DNA of 64,000 bases from Balanoglossus misakiensis. Its lineage: Eukaryota; Animalia; Hemichordata. The stretch lies in NCBI GenBank assembly GCA_040954595.2, contig CM082590.2, forward strand, positions 10,628,088-10,692,087, read 5' to 3'. Under the pieces are notes generated by a model that was not told where the DNA came from, made no database searches, and was given only the letters and a program-made list of their open reading frames with translations. How positions within the stretch are numbered: the first letter of the stretch is position 1; the number at the start of each line of letters is the position of its first letter. The position numbers and the translations under genes were made by a program. Positions 24,903-38,665 of the stretch are shown here, piece by piece.

Positions 24903-26713
24903 ACCCTTGTACCCCTACGTTTACATTTCCATGCGTCACAAAACCACTTTCAGTGATCATTCAATGGCATCCTGTTCACCCTTCTATCCAAATGGAATAG
25001 TCTTAGCTTTCTGCTTGTTACATGTTGGACATTTGGACATGAAATTCTTGAGTTCACCTTGAAGCATCTATAACTTGTTTAAACGTTGTGTATCGCTTAC
25101 TGAAATATAAGTTGGCTGAAACTTTTGTTTGTATTTATTTTATGATTTCAATGCAAGGGTATGGTGTAGATCACACTGCCACACCTTTTGAGAATTTCTC
25201 CTAGAAAGGTGGAAGTTAGTTAGTAACCTTATGAAATCTTTATATTTTTTGTGAAGTCTTTGACATGGGGACATACTTGGTTTGGGACCAGTTTTTCGAT
25301 AATACCATTGTTCAGTTTGTCTTTTGGTTAGAATTTTGCTTATTAAATGTGAAAAGGTGCTTTAATCTTTTGTGTAGATTTTAAATACTTTATTTTAATT
25401 ACACACACACATACATACATACATACATACATGCATACATACAGACAGACACAACTGATCCAATAAGGTCCCAATGGTATATATACACATAAAAATACTA
25501 AAAACATTTCTTGTTTTATATATTTATTTAAAAAATAGTACGTTATCAACACACAATTCAAATGTACCGGTACATTTGTAACAAGAATTTAAAATCTGCA
25601 TAACAGAGCAAACCAATCATATACAAATTAAAACAATCTTTACCAAATATGGTAAAAAGACATCCTTATATGGAAGAAGTCAAATTTAAATGTCAATATC
25701 TGTTGCTTACAGAAGTAAATAATGAAATACATATCTGGCTATAATTACGACTATACTTGACGTGGTATCTGGGCCTTCAAAATATAAACGAGGGTAAGTA
25801 ACATAAATGATTTGTTTATTTGGATCACTTTGCTATACCAGACAAAATGGCATATCCTTGCTGCCATTTGGCATAGACTTTCCACCATAATTTACTTCAA
25901 TACAGCGCAAAATATGAAGAAAAAGGGTAAAGGATGACATTGCTTGAAATACAGTCTACAGTGACTGACTGAAAAAAATCTGGGTCATTCTTATTTTGGG
26001 GAACGTACGACGAAATTTGGACGGCAAGAAGTCATAGTCTGAACGTTATTGATTGCATTGGTTGAACATGACAAACATTTTAAGTTTAAAACATCACTTT
26101 TGTGAAACCACACACTTAATATGCAAGTTATGAAGGAAGTGCTTTAACTAGTCATTAGGGGAAGCGTTTGCTGATGCTAGTTCTCAGAATATGGTCAGGC
26201 AATACATGTTTTGTTTTAAAACACCTCTGAATTCTGGCTATAGATTTTTACTTTGTGCTAGGGGGTAAAATCACATACTAAAGATAAATAATACCATATA
26301 AGGAAACATGATTACATTAAAGGATAAAATTATAACAGCACTCGGCAAAAGTACTTATCACTTCTATTACATTTTATAAAAATCTTGTTGCAAGCTTCAC
26401 TTTTTATTAATATTTTCACATCAGTGACACAAATTTTGTAAACTTTTCAAACTATTCATAAAAGTCACCGGACTGCTGCAAGAAAAATTTGCATCGAAAG
26501 TTACACACTATGATTCCATAATGCGAACACCCTGTCTGTGTATATATACATAATTTGATAGAATCTATATCTGTGTGTTGTCAAGATGAAATGGGCAGGG
26601 TTCTCCCCAAGCTGGTCATTGGGTTTGGTCTGACTAGCACTCAAGTGAAAAAGCTAACAAACAATTGTGTACTCAATATAGTCTAGCCCTGTTGTCACAT
26701 TTTGATATATTGA

Positions 26714-27067
26714 TTAAAGGGACAAAGTCTCTCTCTCGCTGCCCTTTTTCCATTAACTATGTTTGATACAAGACACCGTTTATGTTATTCTACATGTGGA
26801 TAAATAGTGAATCAACGTTCCATCACACACAACTTCCATCCCTCTTATAGACAGGAGAGTGAAAAACTCGCCAAAATGAATAATCTTTCTTTACCATTTA
26901 TTCATTTTGGGCGAGTTTTTACTCTCATATCATACAATTGGGAAAGAAGTTTTGTGTGGTTGAACGTTGATTCACTATATATCCACATTTACATTAACAT
27001 AAATGGTGTCTTGTATCAAACATAATTAATGGAAAAGGGTAGCGAGAGAGAGACTTTGTCCCTTTAA
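26714..27067. mobile_element. Fold-back MITE flanked by TTAA (Kolobok-like), 354 bp
   Basis: TTAAAGGGACAAAGTCTCTCTCTCGCT...AGCGAGAGAGAGACTTTGTCCCTTTAA. The arms of about 170 bp are imperfect reverse complements. One arm recurs at 45651-45824. Confidence 0.8.
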
Positions 27068-27197
27068 TGGGTATAACTTGCAACAGACATGAATATTAAT
27101 GAGTAGCCAGCACTCAAGTCAAGCTGAGGAGAACCCTGATTAAGTAAATGGTAGTGGTGCTTTATCGTCTGTCCATTGCCACCTAAAGATGTGCAAC

Positions 27198-27290
27198 TTA
27201 ACCCTTTCACCCCCGATTCCCTGTATAGAGGTCCAACTTTACCATAGAAAACAATGGGATTGGACCAAACCATGGTGGTGAAAGGGTTAA
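27198..27290. mobile_element. Family A MITE (best-preserved copy), just downstream of the FAIM stop
   Basis: TTAACCCTTTCACC...GGTGAAAGGGTTAA, a perfect 14-bp inverted pair including TTAA. Confidence 0.8.
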
Positions 27291-27341
27291 TGAAGGTCCA
27301 CTGAGTGTTCTAAACACTTCTTTATAAAGAAGAAATTCTAA

Positions 27342-29570
27342 TCATTCGTTGCCTTCTTCGATTAGGTTCCCATCTACAAAGAGGGCATGGATAATTCCAT
27401 CTCTACGTTTCCCACTACTGACAGCTTTGATAAAACAATCATGGTCTCGAACTTCAAAGTGAGTTTCGGTGCCATCATCAACAAACTCTCCCTGCAGAGA
27501 GAAAGAAAGAAAAAAATATACATATATGAGTTGAACCTGTCTATGTGGCCAGACAAGGGACTTTCTTAAACTGACTTTGAAAGATTTTCCGGGATAGAAT
27601 TTTCATGTTTGATACTTACAGCCGTTTGAAGCGTCTCTCCATTGCACCAGACATCCATTGTGTCTTTTTCTAGAAAAAAAAAATTAAATCATAACCATTA
27701 GAACAACAAATCAATGAAAAAAAACCAGGAAATCTTTTTATGAAAGAGAAACTGCTATTGGACGCACGGGACTGTTGTACAGATTGGCAGCCAATAATCA
27801 CACACCTTTCATGCTTACCTAGAACAATCTGTGTGTCTATACCATCTAGCAAGAGAAACTGCTATTGGACACACGGGACTGTTGTACAGATTGGCAGCCA
27901 ATAATCAGACACCTTTCATGCTTACCTAGAACAATCCGTGTGTCTACACCATCTAGCAAGAGAAACTGCTATTGGACGCACGGGACTGTTGTACAGATTG
28001 GCAGCCAATAATCAGACACCTTTCATGCTTACCTAGAACAATCCGTGTGTCAACACCATCTAGCACTAAGGACCACACTTTGGATGCTTTCGACCGCTGT
28101 TCTGTAAATTTCTGCAGACTTTTGCCGTTGACTTCGAGCGTGTACTCGTACGCGAACCCGCTAACAGCGTCTATGTTTATCGCTGCTTTCACTTTGGCTT
28201 TTCCGATTGTAAAGACTTCTCTGCCCACGAGTTTAAACATCCAGTTTTTCCTAATGATCTCCTGTCAATCAAATACAAATATGGTCATGTTACTTTGCAT
28301 ATGAAAAGTGGGTTGGTCATAACTAATGATCTCCTGTCAATCAAATACAAATATGGTCATGTTACTTTGCATATGAAAAGTGGGTTGGTCATAACTAATG
28401 ATCTCCTGTCAATCAAATACAAATATGGTCATGTTACTTTGCATATGAAAAGTGGGTTGGTCATAACAAATGATCTCCTGTCAATCAAATACAAATATGG
28501 TCATGTTACTTTGCATATGAAAAGTGGGTTGGCCATAATTTGGGGCAGCGTTTTAATATCCTTCAGAAATTTCAAAAATCTCTCATGCCACTCAAAGACA
28601 AAATGAATCACAAAATTAGGAGGTTTTGTGGCCATCGTAAACTTGTAGATGTATATAGAATAAAATGTACACAGGTAGAAAAACCCCACAGATAACTGCT
28701 TTGTACATTTGACCTTCAGGCTAAGATAAATCCAGTGTTGACTCAAGAAAGGCCTTCATATCACTGGATCGCAGTCAACAACCTGTCTAAACCCACTATA
28801 TATAATCTGTATTATCAATTTTCTTCCTTCCTCTGGTTTGTAAGAGCACATCAGTCAGACATCGCTTCCTTTTATTGTGCGCACACTTTCGTTGTAATAT
28901 AAAATTACAGACTCCAGCAGTGAACAACTGTGAAATATAGCAGATTTGTGAAAAATGCCTTCATTCTCTAAATTTGCCCGCAGCGAGAGAACGACACGTA
29001 TACAGTAAATTCAAACCCCGTCAAACTTTGTTTTGTTTTATTGAGACTTTCACACCGTTTGCCATTTAACAGACAGGTTACCACGGCAACCGAGCTGGCT
29101 TATAGGTCAGGATGAGCCAAGTGTGGCTGTCGTCATGGTTACCATTACGGAACAGCTGAGGGAGGCAAGGAAGGACAAATTCAAATTGACTGGGCATTCA
29201 GCAAACGAAGGTTGCTTTGTAATTTTACCCAGCGCATCTCCACGAGCAATTCTTGTTCTGTGTTACTGATGATTAGAAATCATGCTCAGCAGAAGTGCCG
29301 TAAATTTAATTGAATGAAATCGTGTGTTTGTAAGGAGATAGACAGAAACACATGAAATTATGCACGTGTGCGGAAGATGATCAACAGCATTTAATAATCC
29401 GCCTCAAAATCATTGTCATTGTCAGCTAATTAATCAGAAGAAAACAAATTGTACTTTACCGTGCTATCGACTGTTACTACCCGTTTTCCAGATGTTGTTC
29501 CGTGTTCAAATTCCACTTTATGGACGCCATCGCTCAGAGCAACATCCCATATCGCTACAATGTCATTCAT
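27342..29570 (-). CDS. FAIM: Fas apoptotic inhibitory molecule 1, 4 coding exons, 179 aa
   Basis: Minus-strand exons 29570-29460 (MNDIVAIWDVALSDGVHKVEFEHGTTSGKRVV), 28261-28033 (EIIRKNWMFKLVG...FAYEYTLEVNGKSL...RIVL), 27669-27620 (EKDTMDVWCNG) and 27491-27342 (GEFVDDGTETHF...SSGKRRDGIIH). The 540 nt join in frame and show typical FAIM motifs. Confidence 0.95.
27744..28064. repeat. Tandem repeat, 107 bp x 3, containing the FAIM exon-2 donor
   Basis: Units start at 27744, 27851 and 27958; each contains CATGCTTACCTAGAACAATC. Confidence 0.92.
28251..28538. repeat. Tandem repeat, 72 bp x 4, containing the FAIM exon-2 acceptor
   Basis: Units start at 28251, 28323, 28395 and 28467; each contains ATGATCTCCTGTCAATC. 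Confidence 0.92.
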
Positions 29571-30995
29571 TCTATCAGCTGCACTGTTCCGCTACAATTC
29601 TGTTGCAGTCCTGGAATTAGGTGGAACTCTGTGGAAGAAATATAGACACAGATACATACACAATGTAACAATATATAATAAAAGTTAACCTGTATAAGCC
29701 GAACACCAAAAGGACTGAAGAAATTGTTCGGTTTGTAGAGGTGTACATGTATGTTGTATGCACACACTCTCTGTATCAAAAGTCTATGAGTGTACGACAA
29801 TCAAAACCTATGAATATATATTACTTGTCACGACTGAAAAGTCCCTAATTTGATGAAGATCACAAAGGTTTAATAGCTTTTTACATCTGACATAACATTC
29901 ACAATAGAAGCCTCATTATATGTAATACACCGTCTAATTTTAATCTTACGTTAATTGAAAACATTCAGTGAAATGTGTATCCAAATCTGGTTAGCAATTT
30001 AATCCAATTAAATGTGATGTGAGAGTCTTTGTGTCGTCTGCTCTTTGAAAAATGCATAATCAGTAGTAATACTATTAGACTGCTATTTATACAATGCTGG
30101 CCTGGTGCGGTACGTTCCAAACGCATTTCAATTTCTGTAAGTAGGTATTAACCTTATAGTTATAATACAAGTGCCCATTACAAATGAAAACTGTATAATC
30201 TGATGTTCTAAAACGAGTTTAATTATAGATTTAAACTGAAATGAATTACAATGTCATAAATATTGCATCACTTTAATTAGACATGTTTGCATTGTGAAAT
30301 TAACACGAAATTACAGCATTTCATATTTGCATGAACAGATCACAGTTTCCAAGTGTAAACAAAGATACCAATGCTTTGGAAAGAGAATTTAGGCGATCTA
30401 TTCCTCGTAAGAAAATATGTGGGGGAGATTATAGAATCATTAACCCTGTAGAACATTGTTTGTATTCATAAAATCGATATGGGTGGGCATAGCTATTTAT
30501 TATCATTGTACACCAATTATAAAAACACTTCCGCATATAAACATAACTCACTACACCGGTCAAATCTGTTATGTAAAGACACGTTTTGATTGAGAAGAAT
30601 GAAAATGACAAGTTGCATCATTCTGTACCATAGATACTGTCAAATTCAACAGGTAGCACGGTCGTTACATGTTATTATGAGTGGGCGTGTGACCGCGATC
30701 AAAAAGCCCTCAGGTAAGACGGAAACCATTTGTGTACATTGTACTAACAGGTCTGACCAGGCCAGTTTCGGGATCGCATGAAGGAGACGCGTCAATAGCA
30801 CGATCAGCGTGATGGAAGACCACAATCGTACTGACCTGATTTCCCCTTTTGGAGTTTTTTCAGCCTGGAGATACGAAAAGGTAGCTGACACTACGTGTAC
30901 TGGCCACAGACACCGAAAACCCGATCGCTGAAATGGATTGCTGGAATCAATATCTGAACACACGCATGCGTTAAGAACGCATCCGGGTAACTCAC

Positions 30996-31124
30996 CGAAG
31001 ACGGTGAGAAAGAAGAGGTGATTGGCCAGGGTTGCCATTCGTATGGAAATTAGACATTTTATAACCAATGAAAAGGGGTTTTTCTTAGGCCTCTGCTCCA
31101 CAAACCAAAACAGTAATAAGTAAA
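30996..31124. promoter_or_regulatory. Putative compact bidirectional promoter for FAIM and CEP70
   Basis: A minus-strand donor (CG|GTGAGT) at 30996/30995 suggests a non-coding FAIM first exon, matching an acceptor near 29628 upstream of the FAIM ATG. Opposed CCAAT boxes lie at 31021 (ATTGG) and 31065 (CCAAT). A YY1-type AAAATGGCG spans the CEP70 ATG. The region is locally CpG-rich. Confidence 0.5.
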
Positions 31125-34100
31125 ATGGCGTCTTCCAACGATACATCACCGCAGGTAAGTCGGTTACGTTCTAAATCAGTTATTTGCCGTCTACTTTATT
31201 TATTCAACGCCCAGGGTAAATATATTCAGAGTGTAATCTCATCAAAGTATGTGAAAGGCAAATTATGCTGAAAGATTTCGATTGACTACTGTCGCTACCC
31301 AAACAACCTCGTTTCGGATCTGGCGGTAGATATGAATTTCAAAACGTTGGCATGGCAGCAGGACGCTATGTTCGTTTCATTTCTCCAACGCAGCTCGACA
31401 TTCTAGTTTCATTTGCAGGAGATCAGTTTATAAACGCGCTAATTCTAACCGACAATATTGCCTGTCGTACCTTACTTCTCACGATTTATAGTTAATGCGT
31501 AAATTCTTTGTAATATAGACGTTATCTTAGAGTTGTTGACATGACAGAACATGTTTGAAATTGATTTGTTTACAACTTAGCCTGAACTTGTCATGTTTCA
31601 AGTCAAACCGATTTCTTGTTTAATTACAACTGGGACAAAAATAAAAGCGTGTGAAATTATTCCTTGTCGTACATTTTTATCTAATAGACATATTAATTTT
31701 AAAGATAGTCTAGATTACCATATTTCAATTGTGTTTTACGTCTGCGGACGTGTGTATATTTCGTGTAAGCCATGTACAGCTATGTACATGTAGTAAGCTA
31801 CATGCATACACTTGTCAGAAGACAGTTGGTTCATAACTAGAACAAAAAAACCTGCCCAACGTGTTTTTCCCACTCAGTATACCCAAAAGCTGTATTTGTG
31901 CCACAAATATTGTGGCTGTATGAAATAAAACATGTTAATTCAATCACAGTCTCTCTGTTTCAGAAAATGTACCTTAAAAGTCAGTCTGATCAGGGAATGT
32001 GTAACAGAATTGAAAAGTAACTTTCTTGTTTTGTTTTGTTTTGTTTTTATTTTCAGAGAAGGGATGAAGAACCCCACATCTCCAGAGACTCAATAGGTAA
32101 TTTGTTAATATTTTATAATAATTTTATAATATTTTATAATGTTAAAAAAAATACTATATTATATGATTTTTTCTTTGCTTATTTATTTACCACAGAAATT
32201 GTAATTGAAGGAGAGTTCAGAAAGTTACATCAACCAATCTCTAAATGATAACTCATCCCATTTTTTTTAGATGACGATAATATTGAGACCGCCAGGAGTA
32301 AAGACACAGGTATCCAGGCAGATACTTTAATAAGTCACATGTCACGGGTAAGTGGACCAATCAGATACTTCGATAAGTCACATGACACTTGAAAATTCAC
32401 CAATCATATACTTTGATGAATCACACAATAAATTCTGCCATTGATATGTTGACAAGGTGATTCATTCAAACATTCTGACCACAAAAGCTGTTGCTGTGTT
32501 CACAAATTGATCCAGCTGTTGATAGAAGACAGAAAGAATATTTATGAGTTTATTGAACTAGAACAAACAGATGTAGTTCCTTTTGAGAAATAGGGAAACT
32601 TCAACTTAGGGTGGATGGAAATTTAATTCCTCCCGTTTTAATTCCGCTTTCTTTTCGGACTTGACCAGAAAGTTAGTCTGGACATGTAATGTGTAATTTT
32701 ACAGACCTCCATTTACTAATGTAGTAAGAGGATTTTCTTCTTTATTTCTTGCCTCTCACTGCCTTATCGCAAACAAAACTCTTGGCACTGTGTCAAGGCA
32801 GGCCAGTTATTGACGTGGATTTGCATATTACATGAAGTCCATTGTTGACTTTGTATTAGTAGTGAATGGTTGTAAAGTAAGTCTGTGTTAGTGTATTGGT
32901 TCATTGAATTCTTGGCGGTTGATTTGAATTGAGAGCGGTCAAAGAGAACGTCTGGGCATTCTCCGAACTCCACGCTTCATGGAAGTATTACTACGGTCGC
33001 GTGGTTTCTCAACTGGGTGGTGATTTTCCCTCCAATGGACCGTGCTGTTTCGCATCCGTGGGGTGAGAGGTTATAAACGAAGTCAGGGAAATGTGATTTC
33101 CATAGCCCCAGGGGTGTTTGTGAATGAACCAGCTTAGAGTATTGATAAGCGTTCTATGAGGAGATTCTGCTTGTACTGGACAGTGAGAAGAACTCGAGCT
33201 AGCTGTAATACATGCTTCTTGTCGATAGAATACTAGAAAGTTGCTTCCAACATTGTACAGGACGATGTTCATAGACCTTCTGTAACCCACAGGAACAGTG
33301 TTATTAGCTGACAGTGGTAGTTATCTGCAGATAGAAAAGTTCAGACTTAGTGACAAGCTTAGTGAAGTGAACGTTTGATATACGACAGTGAAGTTGTAGA
33401 CTTTGAAGATTAGGGTAGCTAGCTATTCCGGAACTGGGGATTATGGCAAACAGAAATTCATTCGTTCTCGTCTGGACGAAGGAGAAGTTTGAGGTAGGAA
33501 AATATCTTCGATTTACTTTGAGTGCCACAGTTACGTACTGACACAGCCATCAACAGGTTTCAAGCTGTAACACATCAAGTCAATCTCTGTGTACATGACA
33601 TGTTTTATGAGTGTTCCCTCAAATTAAGTCAACTCTGTGTTTTATGACTTTTAGATTGCTACTTTACATGTCTCTGCATGTTATTTATCAATCCAATCGG
33701 TGCCTCCTAGCAATTTGTCAAGGGGGACCAGTGACCAGTGCTCCTTTAAAATGATATCACTCACATATTGGAGATATTATTTACATCCCCCCCTTGCCAG
33801 AGTGGAATCTCCCAAATATTCTTGTAAAGGGGGACATATCCCCCCTGTTGATATCACCCTCATGCAGCAGTCATGAATCTGAACTCAAAGCGAGGCCAAT
33901 GGGGAAAATTCCTTGATGTGATTGGTCATCTTTTCCCAATTGGCCTCGCATTCAAATTCATGATGGCTGTGTGAAGTCGCCAGACTTATAAAAAAGGTGT
34001 GTGGGCAGTACAGCCAGAGTTTGAAAAGTTTCTGTAACTGATGATAATTTTTTGATATCTTTTTTTTATTAATTCAGTATGACACAGAAGAATGGAAGGA

Positions 34101-37100
34101 GGCCAATAAACTGTTACGTCAACATGGTTTGCCGACAGTTGAAATGTGTCATCCATCAGAAATCAGTGATATTGGAGGTGGGTCGATACGTTTCTTCCAT
34201 TCTACATATAGTTTGGTTTGATGTAGCCTAGTCCTAGCCGTATTTTGTCCGCTTTGCTTCCAAAACTATGTCTAGCCTCACTCATGCCACTGGCCCAATA
34301 AAACCCCATACCCCTTGCTGGGAATTGTGATGTAACTAGTGTCCCTCTGAAGTCAATCAGAGACTTTGTTTTTCCAATGATTGGACAAAGGATATACATA
34401 TATGTGTAATTAAGGATGGCCATGGGTAACAAATTAGCCCTGCCTTCACTATAACCTTACACCCAATCACTATTGTTCAGTTTATGTGAGTGACTTCATT
34501 TATAGTACTTCATCGATCATCAGGGCTGTTTTTGTATGACATCATCAGCATTTTTAACTACTTCTCTTGACAGATATTGTTGTCATGGAATCAAGCATGG
34601 CCAGGGTTGTCCGTGAAAATCTGATCAATTTGGTGCACGATAGCGACAGGCGACAAGAGATTATTCAGGATTTGATTGTTTCAAACAACCAGATCAAGTA
34701 GGTTATTTTTTGTGAAGTGTATTTAAAGCAAAATTCAAAATTGGTTCATAATAACACAAAGGTACAGTCACACCTTTTAAAGCAGCCAGTCAAGGGACTT
34801 TCCTAAACTGGCCTTTGTAGACAGGTGGCTTCATAGACATATAAATTTCACTGGGACTGTAACAAAGTGGCCACTACATAGAGGTGACCACTAACACAGG
34901 TTTGACTGTATAAGTCTGTAGAAGGGTCTACAGCTGTTCTGAACATCAACATCATCCGCTGATGTTTTGCGTCATAATTACGCATTACTGAACTGCTCTG
35001 ATTTTCATGTCGTTGTTTTCTGTTACTTTATAGGAATGATATAGATAAGATTCAGAGCAATGCTAGGCGGGTTGAAGAGGAAAAGCGAGACTTGGAACTG
35101 TTGCTGGATAATGCCAAAGATAAGATGCAGGTATTCTTCGATATCAAATGACGTCAGACGCGCTCAGGTGGCAGTTACGTTCGCATTCAAATTTCCAGAT
35201 GACGGGCAACTTCAGCAACGTGGACTTACATGGTGCAGACAAAAACTGTGCAGGCGAAATGCAATGAGGCTGACGAGGCAGCATACCTGATACATGTTAC
35301 GTATCTGGTGGTTCTAAAGTATTGAACATACTCGGAAAAACTTTTAATAGATGCCGAAATATTGCTTGCCCGTCATCTGGAAATGACTGCGCCATGGGAC
35401 ACATTGCCAGATCACGTGATTGATAGTAAAGAATGGTGGGATAGTCCGACAGACACACACACTCACACATGCACACAGGCAGACGGGCGGGCTAGCGGGT
35501 GGACAGACAGACAGACAGATAGGTGGGCGGATGGGTGGGTGGATGGAGAGAGAAATAGACAGACAGACAGATAGATATATAGACTGACTCATACACAATG
35601 ACAGACACACAGTCAAACAAACACACTGATAGATAGACTTGGAACTACTGATGTAATGATCACAGCTAACAACTGCTCCATGACTTGTTTTTTTTTCTGC
35701 AGGAAATCGAAGATGCTCATCTTGCAAGATTCCGTCAGCACGACAACACAACAGAGATGTTGCGATTATCTCGAGAAACCACCGACTCACGATGCCGACA
35801 CTTGGAAGAGAAATGTGGCAAACAAGAAGATGAAATTAACAGACTGAAGAAAAAGCTGAGACTTCTTGTAGAGTCTGTAAGTGTCTCTTCCTGTTTTTCA
35901 AAAAGACTTCTCACATCCTTATTACATAATGTTCTCTTCCTGAGACACACACTATCTTAGAGTGGGGATGCATGTTATATGCTTTTATCACTGTCGGAAG
36001 AATTGATGATTGTTTTTTGTTGTTACTTTTTGTTGTTGTTGTTGTTGTTGTGTAGGAGGAGGCTAGGATAGAACGTCAGACTGAAGTGTTTCAACAATAT
36101 CGTCATCGATCGTCGCGTCCACACAGCACGGCTGATCAAAGGTAACACGAGCTCTGATATGAAGGCAGGCTGTAACACCCCCATTTCCCTCTATAGAGGT
36201 CCAACCTCACCATAGAAAACAAAGGGTTTGGACTGAACCATACTGGTGAAAGGGTTAAACTGCAGGTTTTGATTTTGGCCACTAACTGTAAATGACCGTG
36301 TCTTCGCATGGCATTGTTTGGTAAAAAGTGTTATAATACTGCTGATACATTTTCTGTTCCAGGTTGCTGGACATTATTGATGCTTATGAAGGTCAAGTTG
36401 TGAAGTTGAAAGAAGAGCTTAGGTTCTACAGGTAAGAGTGTCCCCCATCACTAGATGTTTGTAATTGTAAGACTCGGTGAAAACTGTTTGGACCAGGTCT
36501 AGAGGCTTTAAGTGTCTCATTTGAATTCACCAACAGACATGAAGCGAAGATTTGCAGAGACGCGAGCATCGGGAAACGATCTGAACGATTAGACGTTGCT
36601 TCACCACCTCATGATGATATTCTCACATACGACAATAGAGGGCAGTCTCTTGCAGGACAAGGCAGAAAGTGGAATGTAGACACTGATCCAACTCCGAACT
36701 ACAAAGCTTTGACAAAGGTGAGCGGGCACGGCTTTAGAGAGAAGTAAAAAAGGACTCTTGACTCTGCTGTGAATTTAAAAAGTCATCTCATAATAAAACC
36801 TGGACAGAACTATTTGATTATATGTATATATCTTTCTACTCTCGCACTACAAACATTTTCATATGATGTGAGTGTGTGTGTGTGTGTGTGAAGAGATTCA
36901 GAATGCATAGACTTGAACAAAGTCTACTGATCCATCTTCAGAAACGATTCCACTCACTCACAGATTGATCTGTCTAATGTTGCAGTCTTACCAAACACAG
37001 CTGCACGACAGCAGAGAAACTATCAAACAATTGGAAAATGAAGTTGAAACATTGAAACTTGAGATGGAAGCGAGGTACGTGATATTTTGGGATTATATCT

Positions 37101-38633
37101 TCTTAGTTTGGTCGATAACACGTCGTATACGAGTGATTCAAGTGTTTGCTGCTGACTTGGCACTGTTCGGGTTAAAATTATAATATTTTGTGATATCATT
37201 ATTTCTTTCAGACCCCAACTGAAAGACTTGAGACAGGTACAACATAAAGTCAAAAAACTCGAGAGACTTCTGGCAAAGAATAACATCAGGTAAGGCTTCA
37301 TTGCATCGCCTTCTGTCATCAAGCTTCTTCAATAAAGAGTTGAGTTGGAAAAAAAAGCAAGAAAATAATGTACCAACATATCGTAATTGTTCTCAAGCAG
37401 TGCTAAGATGCCAATTTTCGATTTGTACCATCTGCACATGGACAGGATGGAGAAGTCAAGAATTTGAATAATATTCACCTCATACTTTAATTTGGCTTTG
37501 ACCTGTGAGGTCATAGTGTTGCACAAAATAGACACAAAACTCAATAATCTATTTTTACAGCGTGAATGAAGACAGCAATAAGAAATCATCTCCAAGCACA
37601 CGTGTTAAGGACATCAAACAAATGCCTCTCAATGTTTGCCGACAATACTTAAAGGTCAGTCTTTATATTCCTTCTGCTTTCCTCTCACTTCAACCAAACC
37701 ATGTCTGAGCTTCAAACCTGACTAAACGAGCCTCAAAAGAATTCCAGTGGCACATTTATCAAGTTCTCTTGTCATGTCTTTCTCGCAGGAGATTTGTTCC
37801 GAGTTGAGTGTTTCAGACGTCAATGATATCATCTTTGAATTACGACAACCAAGCAAGGAGACAGAGGTGGTGTTACATCTTGAAAAGGTGAGAGACAACT
37901 TTCAGAGAAAACTGAACTTTTACTGTGATTTCACCACAGTTTGGGGGGATTAGGAACTGACAACATTTGTGCAGGCTTAGTTTGGCATGTTGATGGGAGG
38001 TTACTGGAATTTAAGCAAGACTTTGTTTTCAATGACTCCTTCTAGATCCTGCGTGAAGTCCTGGCCATAGTTGATGACCCGGATGCTCCCAAGTTACCTT
38101 TGACCCCAAAGAAGCTTGGCAAGAGACACGCTGTGTGGTGTGACAAGTCTACACATCATGTTGTACCCACTTTGCAATATTGGTTACAACAGATGATCGA
38201 AATACAGGTAAGTGGTTTTCTCCTTTGGAGAAATCACTCGCTATTTTGGATGTTAACTTTTGGCTTTGATTTCTATACACTGGCTATATGAACATTTCCT
38301 GACAAATTTCTCCCTTGACATTGTACATGTGACATGACTATGTTTGTCGTTGTCTTGCAGTATCTAAAGGGATCCCTCAACGCCTTGGCAAGCAGTATCG
38401 CACCCTGGTCTCCACTAGTCTTCCCAGAATCCTCCCTGGATAAACCCACCTCAGTCAGTGAAATTCGAGCAGCAGTGGACTCCCTAGCCGTGCAGACAGC
38501 GCACGTAGACAAGAAGGTAACTCACGTCAGGACTTGAACACAAGTTTTCAACATTAAATCCCAGTCTTTGCTAAGGATAAGATCTTGCGTTTGTCTTGTT
38601 AGATTTCATTCCAAGTATTGTTCTGTGTTAAGC

Positions 38634-38665
<32 letters not shown>

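Noticed and set aside
30646-31149. 167-aa minus-strand ORF
   Set aside because: No recognisable domain; it overlaps the CpG-rich promoter and probable first FAIM intron, where stops are rarer.
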